A stretch of DNA of 63,341 bases, the filler included, from Atractiella rhizophila (Eukaryota): the NCBI GenBank assembly GCA_021432655.1. It is 10 parts of 10 records of this genome, joined end to end, with 100 filler letters (N's around TTAATTAATTAA, not from the genome) between each part and the next. Parts side by side here need not be neighbours in the genome. Positions count along the whole stretch, not along the records: positions 47,609 to 49,823 come from MU272279.1; positions 49,924 to 56,587 come from MU272280.1; positions 56,688 to 63,341 come from MU272281.1; 7 more parts are not named here. One strand, given 5' to 3'. Both the position numbers and the translations under genes were made by a program. Below the pieces are notes generated by a model that made no database searches, was not told where the DNA came from, and was given only the letters and a program-made list of their open reading frames with translations. Shown piece after piece: positions 47,609 to 60,195 of the stretch; position 1 is the first letter of the stretch, and each line of letters begins with the position of its first letter.

Positions 47609-49111
47609 GCACTCGCAAACTGCAACGGACCTCTGGTAAATTTTCGATCTGGACGAATCGACGCGACAGCTGCTGGTAAGCTGCCTGAAGTGACTCGTGA
47701 ATGGAATGGATAACATCTTCTAGGACCGCTGGGAGTCCCACAACCTCAGGACGATATCACATCGCATATAGAAGCATTTCGAAAACAGGGTTTCAATCAA
47801 ACGGAGATGATACAGCTTGTTAGTAGGTCCCCTACCCAAGGTGTTCCGAGTATTAATGCCATTGCAGCTTGTGGTCACTCGATGGGTGAGTTTTAAGTTA
47901 GTGCACAGGGATAGTCGTTGATGATGAAGTAGGAGGGGTCAGGAATCCAGACTTTTCACAACTTGTTCCAACCGAGGGCGATATCCATGATTTTGATTCC
48001 ACTACTTTTGTTTTTGACAACAAAGTGTAAGTTCTCATCCTGTCCATCCAATATTGTTCACTATGGCGAGCAGCGCGAGCGAATACGTCCAAGGGACCAC
48101 TACCAATCCTTTAGTTTCTGGGAATAACATCACGTTGCAATCCGATGGTCGAATTTTCAGTTCTGACGGGAATGTCACCATTAAGCAGTGCGTATTTGTG
48201 CTATTTTTCGCATGCGGAGGCTACTTAAGTCAGGGATCAAGGATGGCAGGATCAGACCAAGTTTTTCAGGACACGTGCAAGGTGCTCTTTGAGAAAATGA
48301 TTGACACGGTCCCGTCTACTGTCACCCTCTCGGACGTTTACACCCCACTCGCTCAAAAGGTCGGACCGATAACCTTTGGGATCAACACAACGACTGGTGG
48401 TCTGCAGATGACTACCTACCTGCGCATGCTCGATGTTTCGGACTCCGTGAAAGCTACGCTCTTCGTGGAAAGCAAAGATGGCACGGTTGCTTCCTTCCCT
48501 TCCTCGTCTCAGGCTGCCGCGACAGGAACAATGCTAAATCGCCTCGGTCGGCAAGGCAAAATTTTCAATTTTGTGTCTGAAGTCAAAGCCACCATCTCGT
48601 ACTCTCGTTTTTGGTTCGAAGTCGATGATGGCAGCCAAGTGACGAAAGTAAATAACGGCGGCGACGATTGCGGATTTCCCGTCAAAGATATCGAGACGTT
48701 GGTATTCTGGGATCGAGCGCAATCTTACCAAGATACTGCTTCATTCGACAGCTTGATCGTTGCTGCGGTAAAAAATGTCCTATTAGGCGAGCCTAAGTTC
48801 ATCAAAGGGATAGGTTGACAACTCGCTGAACGTCAAGGATATTTTCTTCGACATCCTCTATTATGCTCAGAAGTTTGATGGAGAAATTGTCACGTATCAA
48901 ATGGAACCAAATTCGTCCCTGCCATCGTCGTCTGGCTTCAATTATTACAGTGCATGGGCACAATGGCAGAGCACACAATGGAATGACATCCAAGTGAGTT
49001 GCCGGAAGCAAATAGGATGGCGATTGACACGAAAAGCAGATTCATGTCACGGTTGACAATGGAACCGTCTATCAGACAGATTTCATTGAGATCCCTCTCA
49101 CCATTAGATAG
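47609..49111 (+). CDS. Fungal heme peroxidase (peroxidase-catalase superfamily, hybrid-B-like); 5' part in gap
   Basis: GRIDATAAG, GVPQPQ, FRKQGFNQTEMIQLV.CGHSMGGV (proximal His), FDST...FDNK, SDGRIFSSDGNVT, LFEKMIDTVPS. Confidence 0.85.
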
Positions 49112-50334
49112 CTAATTATCGCTAATTGTAGTGCTGTTGGACTGAAGAAGCCAATATTTCGTGTATTCCGCTACGATAAATGCTTAATTCTTCGTTGCCA
49201 TTTGATTAATCAACGTCACTGCCTTAATAACGAATGTATGGACAATCCACATCTTATTATCCCCTATTTAGACTTTGTCATTCGCAATCCTTTGCGACAT
49301 AAGTGAGGTTCATGATTCCCAATAAAAATAATATCAAGATGGGCACCGGATTTCCGCGGCGTGTTCGGTCTCGCTCTTTTGAGTTGGAGTTCTTGAAGAC
49401 GACGAGAAAGAGGAAATATGAGCAATCTAAAGCGCGTAACCTCGTCAACATATTCCGGTCTGATGGGTTACGGTCCAGGACCGTGTTCTTAGGATGGGGT
49501 GGCCTCTGTGTCGGTGCGTCCTCCTGTCACTGCCCTCACCTAATAAACTACTAGTAACTACGTGTAAACAGTGGCTGGCGCTACATTCATTAGGTTTAAG
49601 AGGAACATGAAAGAGCGTAGGCGCGAGCAAGTAAGGAGAGAATCAGAAATAGGGTGTATGTCGTCAATTTATGCGTTTTTAGGGCAAGAAAAATTGCACA
49701 AGGAGAAAATGCACTCGGAAACTGTTGGGGTGACAGATAAGAGCCCTTCTAATCCTCCTAAATTGTAGACGGTACTTCTTCAGCACGAGAATATATCAAA
49801 ATTTCCATAATTTGTGCTAACACNNNNNNNNNNNNNNNNNNNNNNNNNNNNNNNNNNNNNNNNNNNNTTAATTAATTAANNNNNNNNNNNNNNNNNNNNN
49901 NNNNNNNNNNNNNNNNNNNNNNNGATATGAGTGAAGAATATATAAGCCAGAGTCCACACACCTATGCTTTTTTTGCTTGATTTGATTTGATGCTAACGGG
50001 CTCAGGGATACTATGGTAGACTGTTAGGAAGCATATTTGTGGTGAAAGGACCTGTTTCACTTGCATGAATTTCCCTCATAGTAGGCAAACAACAGTTTTT
50101 GGCGCATGACATGAGAAGTCTCAGAAAGCTCTGAAGAAATTAGAAATTGCGGGCACGCAGTTTGCACACAATAGGATTTGGCAGTGACAAAATGTGACAT
50201 GACTGAAAATCGAACCCACACCAGCACCAATCAGTCATGACTCAACTACCAAACCATACACCAACTACACCATCACACAAACTCTTTATCTTGCTGCCTT
50301 ATTGAGTAGGTAAGGAAATTTTTGTCAAAGTGCC

Positions 50335-50580
50335 GAAGTCAGTCACTTGACTGAGTCATGGAAGACAACTATTTTTTGTCCTTTAAATAAGCTTTATTAT
50401 ATACGGTTGGAAAGGTGCTGACACGTGTATTCTGGTGGTATGCTCAGAATTTTGATGGGGTTGTTGTGGACCAAGAAGTCAACTGAGTCAGTAAGGAAAA
50501 CAATTTTTTTTTTGTCTTTCAAATAGGCTTTGTTGTATACGGTTCGAAAGGCGCCGACATGCATATTCTGATGGTATGGC
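50335..50580. repeat. Degenerate direct repeat pair (~120-140 bp unit)
   Basis: ...TTTGTCCTTTAAATAAGCTTTATTATATACGGTTGGAAAGGTGCTGACAC... vs ...TTTGTCTTTCAAATAGGCTTTGTTGTATACGGTTCGAAAGGCGCCGACAT... Confidence 0.75.
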
Positions 50581-51680
50581 ATGGTTGTTGTGGGTGGTGA
50601 GAGAAGTGCTCAAAAGTACACGCATGAGCCATGCTAAAAACCCGTTGTGCTTTATATATAAGGATTTTGTACACCAAGTGGAGGGGTCTGTCAGAGTTCG
50701 GCACCGTTTTAAGCTGCATTCATGCCACTGTCATTTGTGGCTCTAGTTTTCTTTCCCCTTTGCCGTTTCTCTCATTTTGCCGAGTTGCTTAAGGTATAAA
50801 AAGCCCATTATAACTTCATTGTAATTTATTCCTTTAGACCCTTGGAATCAACAGGGTCGACTTCGACTCCAACCAATTCGGACGATGGGTTGGCAGTTAA
50901 GTGTGAACAGTGAGTGTTTTCATTGGATTCGTACAGAAACTGTGCAGAAGTAGAGTTGATTAAATCCCCAAATGTGGTTGAACTTAGCCGTCAAAGACTT
51001 GAACTGAACCCATTCACAGCCAGCAACTTTTTCACTTTTCATAAGGCAAGTGGTTTGACTGCTAGTTATCAGGAAACAGCTTCCTTTCATCAGACTGAGG
51101 CAACAATATCAGTTCTTCGCCAAGGTGCAGAACAAAGGAGAAAGGAGAAACTCGCCTCCTGGGTTGTTCATCGCTCGTAGAATTTCTGCCGTCCCCCCGA
51201 CGATGTCCCCACCGGGCAATGCCCCGTGCTCGATGGGTCGAGGAAAAAGGTCCTTAGGTTGCCCCATATCAATAATAGGATTTTCCCACTCGGCGTTCTT
51301 GGATAGATGTAGACTCTTTCGGTGGCCATATAGATGCTTTAAGTCGCTGCCAATGCCTTGTCAGCAGATGAGCATCGGTTATGGGGTAACAGACCTGTCT
51401 GTATCTTGCTCTATGCATGTGCAAAGATGTCGCGATTGAAACTACTGCGCTAACATCGAATGTTCTGAGCGGCTGGATATGCTCATCTCAGAAATGTCTT
51501 CAGAAAGTCATCATTGCTGGTTGAAGTGTATTCTGCAGGTCCTTGCCTTTCGTGCGTACGAATGGATAATCTCCTGAGTTATTGAATATGATCGGTTTAT
51601 GAGATGACCGTTTCATTCACAACCATCCCTTTCCGCACAAGAAGCCGAACGAGAGGGCATAAGCTACCATGCGAGCGAAC

Positions 51681-51760
51681 ACAACCTTTCGCACGAGAAA
51701 ACATTATTTCGTACGAGAAAATAGCCTTTCATACGAGAAATTAACCTTTCGCACGAAAGC
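51681..51760. repeat. Four tandem 20-bp units with quasi-palindromic core TTTCRYACGAGAAA
   Basis: ACAACCTTTCGCACGAGAAA / ACATTATTTCGTACGAGAAA / ATAGCCTTTCATACGAGAAA / TTAACCTTTCGCACGAAAGC. Confidence 0.9.
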
Positions 51761-52189
51761 AGGGTCCGCTATTATGTTATGAAGCGACTTAATAATTTCG
51801 CTACAGATTGGCTGCATAATTTGTGCATCACGCAACATCCCAGGGAGGCGTTTCGAACATAGTGATCGATCGGCGCACCGTCATCAACTGATCCACTGAT
51901 ATTCATATCGAAGCCTTATGGCCGTGGTCAGCCGTCGTCGGCTTCAGTCCTTGAAAACTCTCTCGCCTGAGAAACGTTCACGAAAGGAACTCGTCACTGC
52001 GGAGCTTTGAACCGCCTGAAAATACCTACAGTATTCGTTTGCTTGCACTTTCAATCTAGTAGAATGATTGATGAAACGTACCCTACGTAGATGCGTTGCG
52101 TGGCTCTGATGGCGACCATTCAATCCAGCCCCTTCTGAACTGCTGTTCCAAATCTTTGACATCCTTGCTGATCATTGGATCGATGAACG

Positions 52190-52990
52190 AGGAGATTATA
52201 TGCGGGATGGCGATGTGCGAGCCATCTGCTCTAACGCTCAAATCAAACCCTGCTCGCTGGTTTACAAACAATGGAGCAAGCTCACGCATCCGTATGTTGA
52301 TTGGCTACTCATGCTTTCTGTCACGAATACGGACGGGATTGTTTCGTTCATGCGCCAGTCAAAAACACGCCATTCTCACGTAAAGCATCTGTCTGTTAAC
52401 TTTCCTGGAGAATCACAACAACTTGACCAGAAAGCAAACTGGGCGGCCTTGTGGGCTGCTCTCCGCGAAGTTCTGGAGACTGTGGGTGGCCAACTTCAAA
52501 TGATGGACATCATGTTGTGGGCTATGGAGGTCCCAGGGAATATCCACCTCCTGAAGCTCGTCTTCGATTGTCATCGAATATCAGTCATCTCTCGGTGCTA
52601 ACAAGTTTCGGTATGACCAACCCAGTCCTTCAAGATTGGTTCACTGGGTTAGAAGAATGCACGGTGTTGAGTCATCTCGAATTACGAGCTATTCATGCAT
52701 CACAAGCCTGTTGCATTTTGCTCCCTTTCCTGCCATTGATAATTTTTTAGTCCTGTCCACCTTAACGTTTGGCATCATGACGATGGAGAGCCACACGGTT
52801 CATGTTCTGAGTATGAATTGGAATCTTCTTGGGAGCCAGAAGTTGAAGGTTCCAAGTATGACGACAACTTATCTGGGGGTATGTGGGAGCACGATGGATG
52901 GACATGAAGACGAAGCTAGGAAGGAAGTAGAGATGAGGAGGCAGAGATGAATTCGCAGAGTGAGGCGGATATGGCGCTGGATGAGGTGAT
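52190..52990 (+). pseudogene. Possible degenerate F-box/LRR-like gene
   Basis: CSLVYKQW, HVKHLSV and LSHLEL segments spread over shifting frames. Confidence 0.35.
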
Positions 52991-54479
52991 AAAAGTATGA
53001 CCGTAGATTTCCCGTTACCAGCGCTGCCGATGATTGCAAGGTGCCTCTGATCGATGACGATGTTGTTGGGATGCTATCTTGAACAAGGAGGCGTTCTAGA
53101 ATAAGTAAAGGATAGGAGAAAGTGGAGAGCCCTAGGCCAGGCCGATCTTGATGGGTAGTTGAGAAGAGGTGAAGCCATTGAATGATTAGGAGGTTGACCG
53201 TCCCACAAGCTATGAAGAAACCACGTCGTAGAAGTGTGGGTCGACTTTCGCCTTCTGGGAGTTGTCGAATAGCCTGTTGTGAATGACGGAGGGGAAGGAA
53301 CACAACGGCAGTCACTTGTCCCTTTCGCCAACCCTCCGTAATAAACTCGACTACTGAGAGGAGAGCGTCATTCATGCTATAACCAGATCGACCTCCGAAG
53401 TGCTGGTTTGGTAGAAGGAGATGCTTTCAGCATAGAAGGCCAGTTTCGTGGCTAGAACTCCATCAAAAACTTTAGCAAGGCACTTCAGAAGAGCGATCAG
53501 AGGGATGGAGTAATCCAGTTTCTCGGGCTTTTTAATATCATCTTAGAGAAACATTTCCACTTTTGTGGATAAGAGAGAGTGTAACATGAAATAATAATGT
53601 GAAAAAGTACTTCCCTGATGTAAGGCCATAGTTCTTTGAGGACCCAGTTAGAGATTCCATCATTCCCTGGTGCCGATTTCCTTTTTGTGTTTTCGATGTA
53701 TCAATCCCAACTCCTGGATTTCGATTTCGCCAAAGTCTATCCAGTCTTCATTCACTGGTCCTTCCTACTATAAGTCATCTAGTTTAGGGTTAAGGTGCGA
53801 GACGCTGAAAGTGTCAGGGTAGCCCCTTGTCTTTCCCTCTGAAGTACAGAGATATGCTTTGCGGCACACAGTGTTACCTCAGGAATGGAAGTGATGTGCT
53901 GAAGGTGTTTTTCTACAGGGTTTCTATCCTTTGGCCCAGCAAATACGGTGGGTGTATAAGTCCTTTTTCAAACTACAGTTGTGGAAAAGAGTGCAACCAA
54001 GCTGAAATGTCAGTAATCTCAATGTTTGACATATAAAAGAGTTACGGGCAAGCATGAACACTCAACTGAAAGCTTGTAGATAAAAGAGAGAAGTCATGCT
54101 TCAAAGATCCCTTATGGAATAGGATGTTGCTGGAAGAGTTAACAGAGCCTCAAAGGTGAGACATCACTCCTGCTTTACACCCTATTGCCCTCAATGCCAT
54201 CCAAGGATGGAGGCGATTTGCCTCATCGATCTCCTAGAAAGCATGCTCAAAAGCTTGAGAGTGGAAAAAGTCAAAGCAATGATGAGAATTTCATGTCTAG
54301 GATGGATGATGAGATCATTGGTGAGCCATCGCATTCTTTCTATATAGTTTATCTGATAGTTCCAATGCTGGATTTTGATCTGCAGCACTGGGGCAAATCA
54401 GCTACAAAGAAGAATTCGATGCAGCCTAGCACCTACTCTCACTGTGAAGAACAAGCTATCGTTCAGCATGGGACTTTGG

Positions 54480-56070
54480 GACTTATATGAAGAAAACAAT
54501 GTATCGCGCTATTGGCAACTTTCTGGTCTTCTACACCTTTCTCTGCAAGGAGCACCCTGAAGAGCAGAGGTTTGAGTGGGAACGCCATGATCTTTCAACA
54601 GGAACAATACAAAAAGTGTTGATGAATATCTCCAGATATATCTTTGTTGTCTGTCAGTATCACCAATGTCTGAAAGTATGGAGAACAGTTTCATGGCATG
54701 AGCAAGTCAGCAAGGGAGCAAGTCAGCAAAGGAGAAACAAGTGATTCTGATGGCCAACAGCGCAAAGGAGCTTTGGCTACAAGCCTTACTCCGGATCGCC
54801 GTGCTCTCCTTCGGCCGGTTTACACGGCATTGTAGTACGCCACCTCAGCTTGCTCTATTAACATCACACACAATAAGTATGTAAACCTCATTGCAAAGGT
54901 CTGCTGCATTACTAACAGCTTTATTGTTCATTATCAAACCAATGCTATCGCCAGGCATTTATCTCATGCTTTAAACGTCCGGTAACCAAGAAGTCCTCAG
55001 TGGATGGAGTCAAGACATCTTTTGCACTGGATGAAGCTGCCTTGGAAGATCAGGATCACGAAATCAATGAGTCAGGCTTGGCAGACATCTTTGGTGAGTG
55101 GTCCCAGAGTCCGGTTCTGTGCTTACCAGATTAAAGGTGCTTCAGATAAAGCACAGGCTGGTGATGCTGCCATCATGGCAATTGATAACCAGGTCATGGC
55201 AACAGAATATTCTGCAAAGCAGGAACGTGATGCTTGCTTCTCACTTACCAAGGTTTGATTAGTTGTTTTGACTTACACCTTATGTTTCTCATAGCCACTT
55301 CATTGGATCAGGTCACTAATCTTGCCAAGAAGGTTGAAGAGAGCCCTGTAATATGCACAAGCCTGAGACCGAAGACCTGCAAGCACAGCCCAAGCACTTC
55401 AAGCCGCAAATCCACCTCGTGAGTGCTTGCCCGGCGAATGGAATGGTGAAGGTACTGGTCAATCATGCTCTGCAGCTGAGCGAGCCATTGCAAATGTCTG
55501 TGGAAAGCCAAGGCTGAAGCTGGAGAAATGCCGACTGACTGGAATCGAGTGGTCGATCTTGGATGAGCTTGTTCCATCGTTTGATGTGAGTCTTTGGCTT
55601 TTGTGATAAGCTGGAAGCAATGTGCTGAAATAGGCTCCAGCTCTTTCAGGAGACAAGCAACAAAATGTCACAATCAGACAGTGCCTTATATAATACCAAT
55701 GTTCAACAACATTGACATTCACCTATCCCGGCTGTATGAAGATTATCAGTTGGATGGCGAGTGACATTTCGCTGAGGTGTATATGGCAATTCGGAATGGT
55801 GCAGACCCTGCCTACAAGCTGCTTGATAAGTACTTCTCAAAGGTAATAGATGAGGTACATACATGCACTCTTGTATTATTGCCTGGCTTCCTCAATTTTT
55901 TTTTTACAGTTCTTCATCCAAATCGAAGGATGGCTTATTTGAGGTTGCTAGATTGGGAAACAGTTTGGATTGCCAATACAGTCAACAGCCTGAAAGAGTT
56001 TTATCAAAAGTACTACAGTAACCATATAGGAGAGAACGATGATGATGATTATGATGAAATCATATTATAG
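54480..56070 (+). mobile_element. Decayed hAT-family transposase
   Basis: QVTNLAKKVEESP and AYKLLDKYFSK...VLHPNRRMAYLRLLDWETVWI resemble fungal hAT blocks; upstream YTFLCKEHP may be a BED-like remnant; multiple frameshifts. Confidence 0.7.
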
Positions 56071-56149
56071 AGCTTTTTGCTCATACGCAATTCAAGATTC
56101 CCCCTAATGCAGATACGCAATCAGTTTGTGGTATTTCGGCTCAAAGTGA

Positions 56150-56587
56150 TCATGGAAGGTTATATTTCGAGGCAGAAATTATCCTGTGGGATGAAGCCAT
56201 TATGAATGATCACCTCTCTGTCAGCTGTGTGGATTGGTTGGGATCAGACCTCAAAAGGGATTCAAGACCATTTGGAGGAACACTTATGGTTTTCTGTGGT
56301 ATGATACTTCCCTTTAAGTAGTTCTTTATTAACATACTGTTCACAGGAGATGGCAACAGTGTCTTCCGGTAGTGCCAAATGGAAGCAGATTGTGGATGCC
56401 TGCATCATTAATTCTTACTTATGGCCGACTGTTCAAGTCCTGCCTTTGAAAACCAATATGCGCCTTCTTCGGGGCCAATGGAAATGACTCTAGCCGAATT
56501 TCAGCAATATGACCAGATTTGCCCAGTGGCTCCTTGACATTGGAAATGGTCTCACTGATAATCTGTCAGACAATGGATGTGGAGGCT
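56150..56587 (+). mobile_element. Helitron-type PIF1 helicase remnant
   Basis: IILWDEAIM (Walker B), RPFGGTLMVFCG, QCLPVVP, SYLWP...LKTNMRL, FAQWLLDIGNG; frameshifted and cut by a gap. Confidence 0.85.
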
Positions 56588-56687
56588 NNNNNNNNNNNNN
56601 NNNNNNNNNNNNNNNNNNNNNNNNNNNNNNNTTAATTAATTAANNNNNNNNNNNNNNNNNNNNNNNNNNNNNNNNNNNNNNNNNNNN

Positions 56688-57688
56688 CTGACTCACCGCC
56701 TCATACAGCTTACCGATCCGGATCTCCTAGCGAGGCCGCAGCAGGCATCTACACCTCCCCTCCTCCCCTCAAAGTCAAGAGCTCCTTGCGTCCTCATCGA
56801 GCCATTTCCTTGCCCTCGAAACTCTCAGATCGGTCTTCGATGTGTCATCAAGTACACCTTAATCCCAACCCTCAAGAAATCAAAATTTTTCAGTATTCTG
56901 ACGAGCCAACAGTTATAGGTCGGACAGCAGTCACAGAAGAACAAAAGAAAGAAGAAGGGATCGACCATCCTTCACTTCCAGTGGAGGAAGAAAACGAATG
57001 GTCAACCGATGACGAGTTGGACGAGGGATGGCTGATTCGGCCACATCCCATCAACTTTACTCCGTTCTCTTCTTCAAAAGCACTCGATTCCGAAATATAC
57101 GTCGAAACAATCGAGCTCTGCTCTCCTACCGCCTTTCATGACGGTCCACCGACTTGTTTGAGGGGGTGTGTCGCGGTACAAAACCTCGCCCTGCGGAAAA
57201 GTGTGCTGATCAAATGGACTGTGGATAGCTGGAAAAGCTATTCGGAAGTGTTGGCCACGTCCCTGAGAACGATTAAGGGGCGAGCGTTTGAGGAGTTCGA
57301 GTTTGAGATCGGATTGGAGGAGATAACTAGAAATGCAGCCGCGAAGGATAGTGGGAAGTGGTGGGAGAGAAGACTGCAATTTTGTGTGCGTTTTCGTTGT
57401 GGTAACTTCGAGTTATGGGACGACAATGCCAGACAGTATTATGAGGTGGCGTTTCTCAGAAGCCAGGGGAGAGCGGAGGAGCTGGAGAGCCAAAATGCTA
57501 ACGTGAACAGAAGGAGACATCATATTCGCAAGACGAGGTCGCTGTCGATTCCTATTACTGAACTGGCTCCGACTACTCAGGCAGTGGCTGCCGAACCGTC
57601 GCCGGACCTTTGTGTACCTCCTACACCTCGCCTTCTACCCCGCCCACTCCCTCGACAATTTGATCTTGCACACCGTTCAGTTCACTGA
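56688..57688 (+). CDS. CBM21 domain protein (PP1 glycogen-targeting subunit-like); 5' end probably in gap
   Basis: LRGCVAVQNLALRKSVLIKWTVDSWKS and LQFCVRF...WDDNARQYY are CBM21 signatures. Confidence 0.8.
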
Positions 57689-58152
57689 TAAGGCTCGACT
57701 TGTCCGGAAATCCACACGTCTAGTCTTTTTATTTCGCATCACTGCGCGTAAGCTCTTGCCTCCACTATATCCCCATAAAACCTGCTGCTTACGCTTACAT
57801 ATCGGATAGTTCTCATGTAATGAACTGAGAATGCTGTTGTTCCCACTTGCGGAATGGCGTCGCTGCGCTGATAAATGCGTGCACTTTTGCCTGTGTCGCC
57901 TGTGACCTGTCTGTTCTGTTAATCTGTCAGTGTAATCGTGTGAAGTACAGTGTCCATTCCAACAAAAAGCTCTAATTTCTTCAGCGCTGCATTCCGTCCG
58001 TAGGACGCAGTCAGTCAGGAATAACTGATTGTCATTTTGTTTTTGTTCTCCCTCTCTCTCTCTCAAGATAAACGGAATTATGCTGTAATGTACCCTTTGC
58101 AAACTTGGCACCACAGTTTCTGATTTTCTAGAGTGTTAGATGTTGGAGCAAT

Positions 58153-58288
58153 GAGCAGACCCGTCGCCTACAGGGTTGGACTCCGTCAAGGATTTTGCGC
58201 TCCTGTTTGGCGAAGATTTGAGCACAAAACTGGTGGGCTAGTTTTAACCCCGACAGACTCCGACCCCCCTGGGGCGACGGGTCTGCTC
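58153..58288. mobile_element. MITE-like 136-bp element
   Basis: Perfect 16-bp terminal inverted repeat GAGCAGACCCGTCGCC / GGCGACGGGTCTGCTC with imperfect inward extension; no exact TSD (AAT vs GAT). Confidence 0.7.
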
Positions 58289-59291
58289 GATGGCGGGTAA
58301 CTAGCACCGAGGGACATACTCTCTAAAGGTACCTACCGAACGGGTTTGCGCTTTCTACCTTCTGCACATGAACGCCATTCAACTGAAGGATGGCAGGTCG
58401 CTATGCATTCTACGGTTGGGATTTCATAGTTACTTTCCCTTGAGAATCCAAGACAATGTGGACAGCACAACGTTGGACCCCAGTCCGACCTCCATTCTTC
58501 TTCAACCGGTAACTCTCTCCTCTCCAACACTCACTGCGTACGTGGAAAGCTTATATGAGAATTATCAAGTTACTGCGGTCTCTTGGAGTTCACATTGTTC
58601 ATGTGTCTTGCCTGGCTCAAAGTCGACCCGGAGAAAAGATCCAGCTAAATCCTGACGGTTTGTCTTCTAGTCTTCTGTTTTACATCCACGTGACGCATCC
58701 ATTATTTGAGTGTAGAAGATGTGGACCTAGGTCCTATAAACTACAACTCTTTCAACGTCCCTCCCTTGCCCGTCTTGCGGTACGGGAATCCTAAAACCGT
58801 CCCTAACTTCGGCGAATCTCTCCCCCAATCCGTCCGCGACGCCGCCCACAACTCCATCTGTCCTCTTCCTCTCACCTTCTCGTAATAGGCACAAGTCTCG
58901 CAACCTATAGCAGTCATCGACTCTTCCGGTAAGCACTTGACGAAGGAAAGAAGGTCGGTATTTTGAACGTGGGAGAGACGAGGGCGGATAGGGAAGTGGG
59001 TGAGGGGAAGGCGTGGAAGGTTGAAGAAAGTGCGACGGAGGTCTTGAAGGAGGTGGGGAGACTGCTGGGGAAGGAAAACGGAAAGGCAGAGCTGTTGCGG
59101 ATGGGAATGGTGAGGAAGGTGAATGGAGCAGAATATGCCAGTTAGGAGCCCCATCCACTGATGGACCCCAGCGAGCTTCCACTCATGTCGGAACAGTCTA
59201 GCCAGACAGCACGTCTTATCCTTGCACTTAATTCATAGATACTTCTCATTTTGTTAGAATCTATTCATGGCACATTAGGACCTGACACTTG

Positions 59292-60195
59292 TTAAATGCT
59301 GTTTGGCGTCACTTGAGAATTCGTTTCGTCGTCGAGGTGCTCCAAAAATGATTGCAGCACAAACCCAGTCAAATAACCTTTCAGGCCAATCACCCTTCTC
59401 ACACCCAACTTATCCCCTTGTACTATGGAAGCTTCAACAACTAATGTACTCGCCATCAGATCCACTGTTCCTCCATGTTGCTCGAGAAGCTGCTCCATTG
59501 TCGTACTGACCACCTGTTGAAAGGGTTGGCACAATCGGATGTGTGTCAGGTCAGAATTTCCAAGTGTCGGGTTGTAGGGCGAGGCCGGATTTAACCATCC
59601 ATCACCAGTCCAGCTCATTATCATCGTAAAGTTTTGATCTTGAATAATTTTGAACCTGTCATTCCGTCAACTAGTTTTTTTTTGGCTTGGGGGTGATGTA
59701 TACTCACACGCATCTAACGTTTGAGAATCTGTAGATTCGCTGACGAGGTAGGACACCGGCGCTCCTCAAATTTAGGGCTAGATCTGTGATGTCGGAAGGG
59801 GAGCGAGGAGATCCAGCCAATGCAAGAACGTATGGTTTAGATAAAAGGCTCGAGTTAGCTGCTTGCAACTTTCCCACTTCTTCTTGGAGCAGTTGAGTGA
59901 AGTGATCTAGGTCAAGAAATGCGGCATCCTTCAATAGATTTTTCAGAACTGTATCCTTTGACATCGTCGAGGGGACGGCAGTATCGGAAATCGGAAAGAC
60001 ATCGTATCCAGAGAGATAGTCTATGACAATCTTGAATAATTGTGGATGCACATCGATCCTGATACTGTGAGAGTTCGCTTCTTCGAATTCGCCGAAGAAG
60101 GCGCGCGTGAAGAAATTGGGCGAGTCAAACATGATTTGCGTTTTGCTGAGAGTAAATTCCGTCTCTCGCACAAATATTTGAAAGACAGTCGTCAT
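59292..60195 (-). CDS. BTB/POZ-domain protein, two exons
   Basis: FTLSKTQIMFDSPNFFTRAFFGEFEEA...IDVHPQLFKIVIDYLSGY...LLKDAAFLDL; GTGAGT...GACAG intron near 59656-59708 joins the exons in frame. Confidence 0.85.

Noticed and set aside
51681..51760. CRISPR-like array
   Set aside because: Linkers are only 6 bp, the context is eukaryotic and there are no cas genes
58727..59182. Minus-strand ORFs with CETC and Pro-rich sequence as a gag or zinc-finger gene
   Set aside because: No complete zinc-knuckle motif or recognisable domain; cannot be supported
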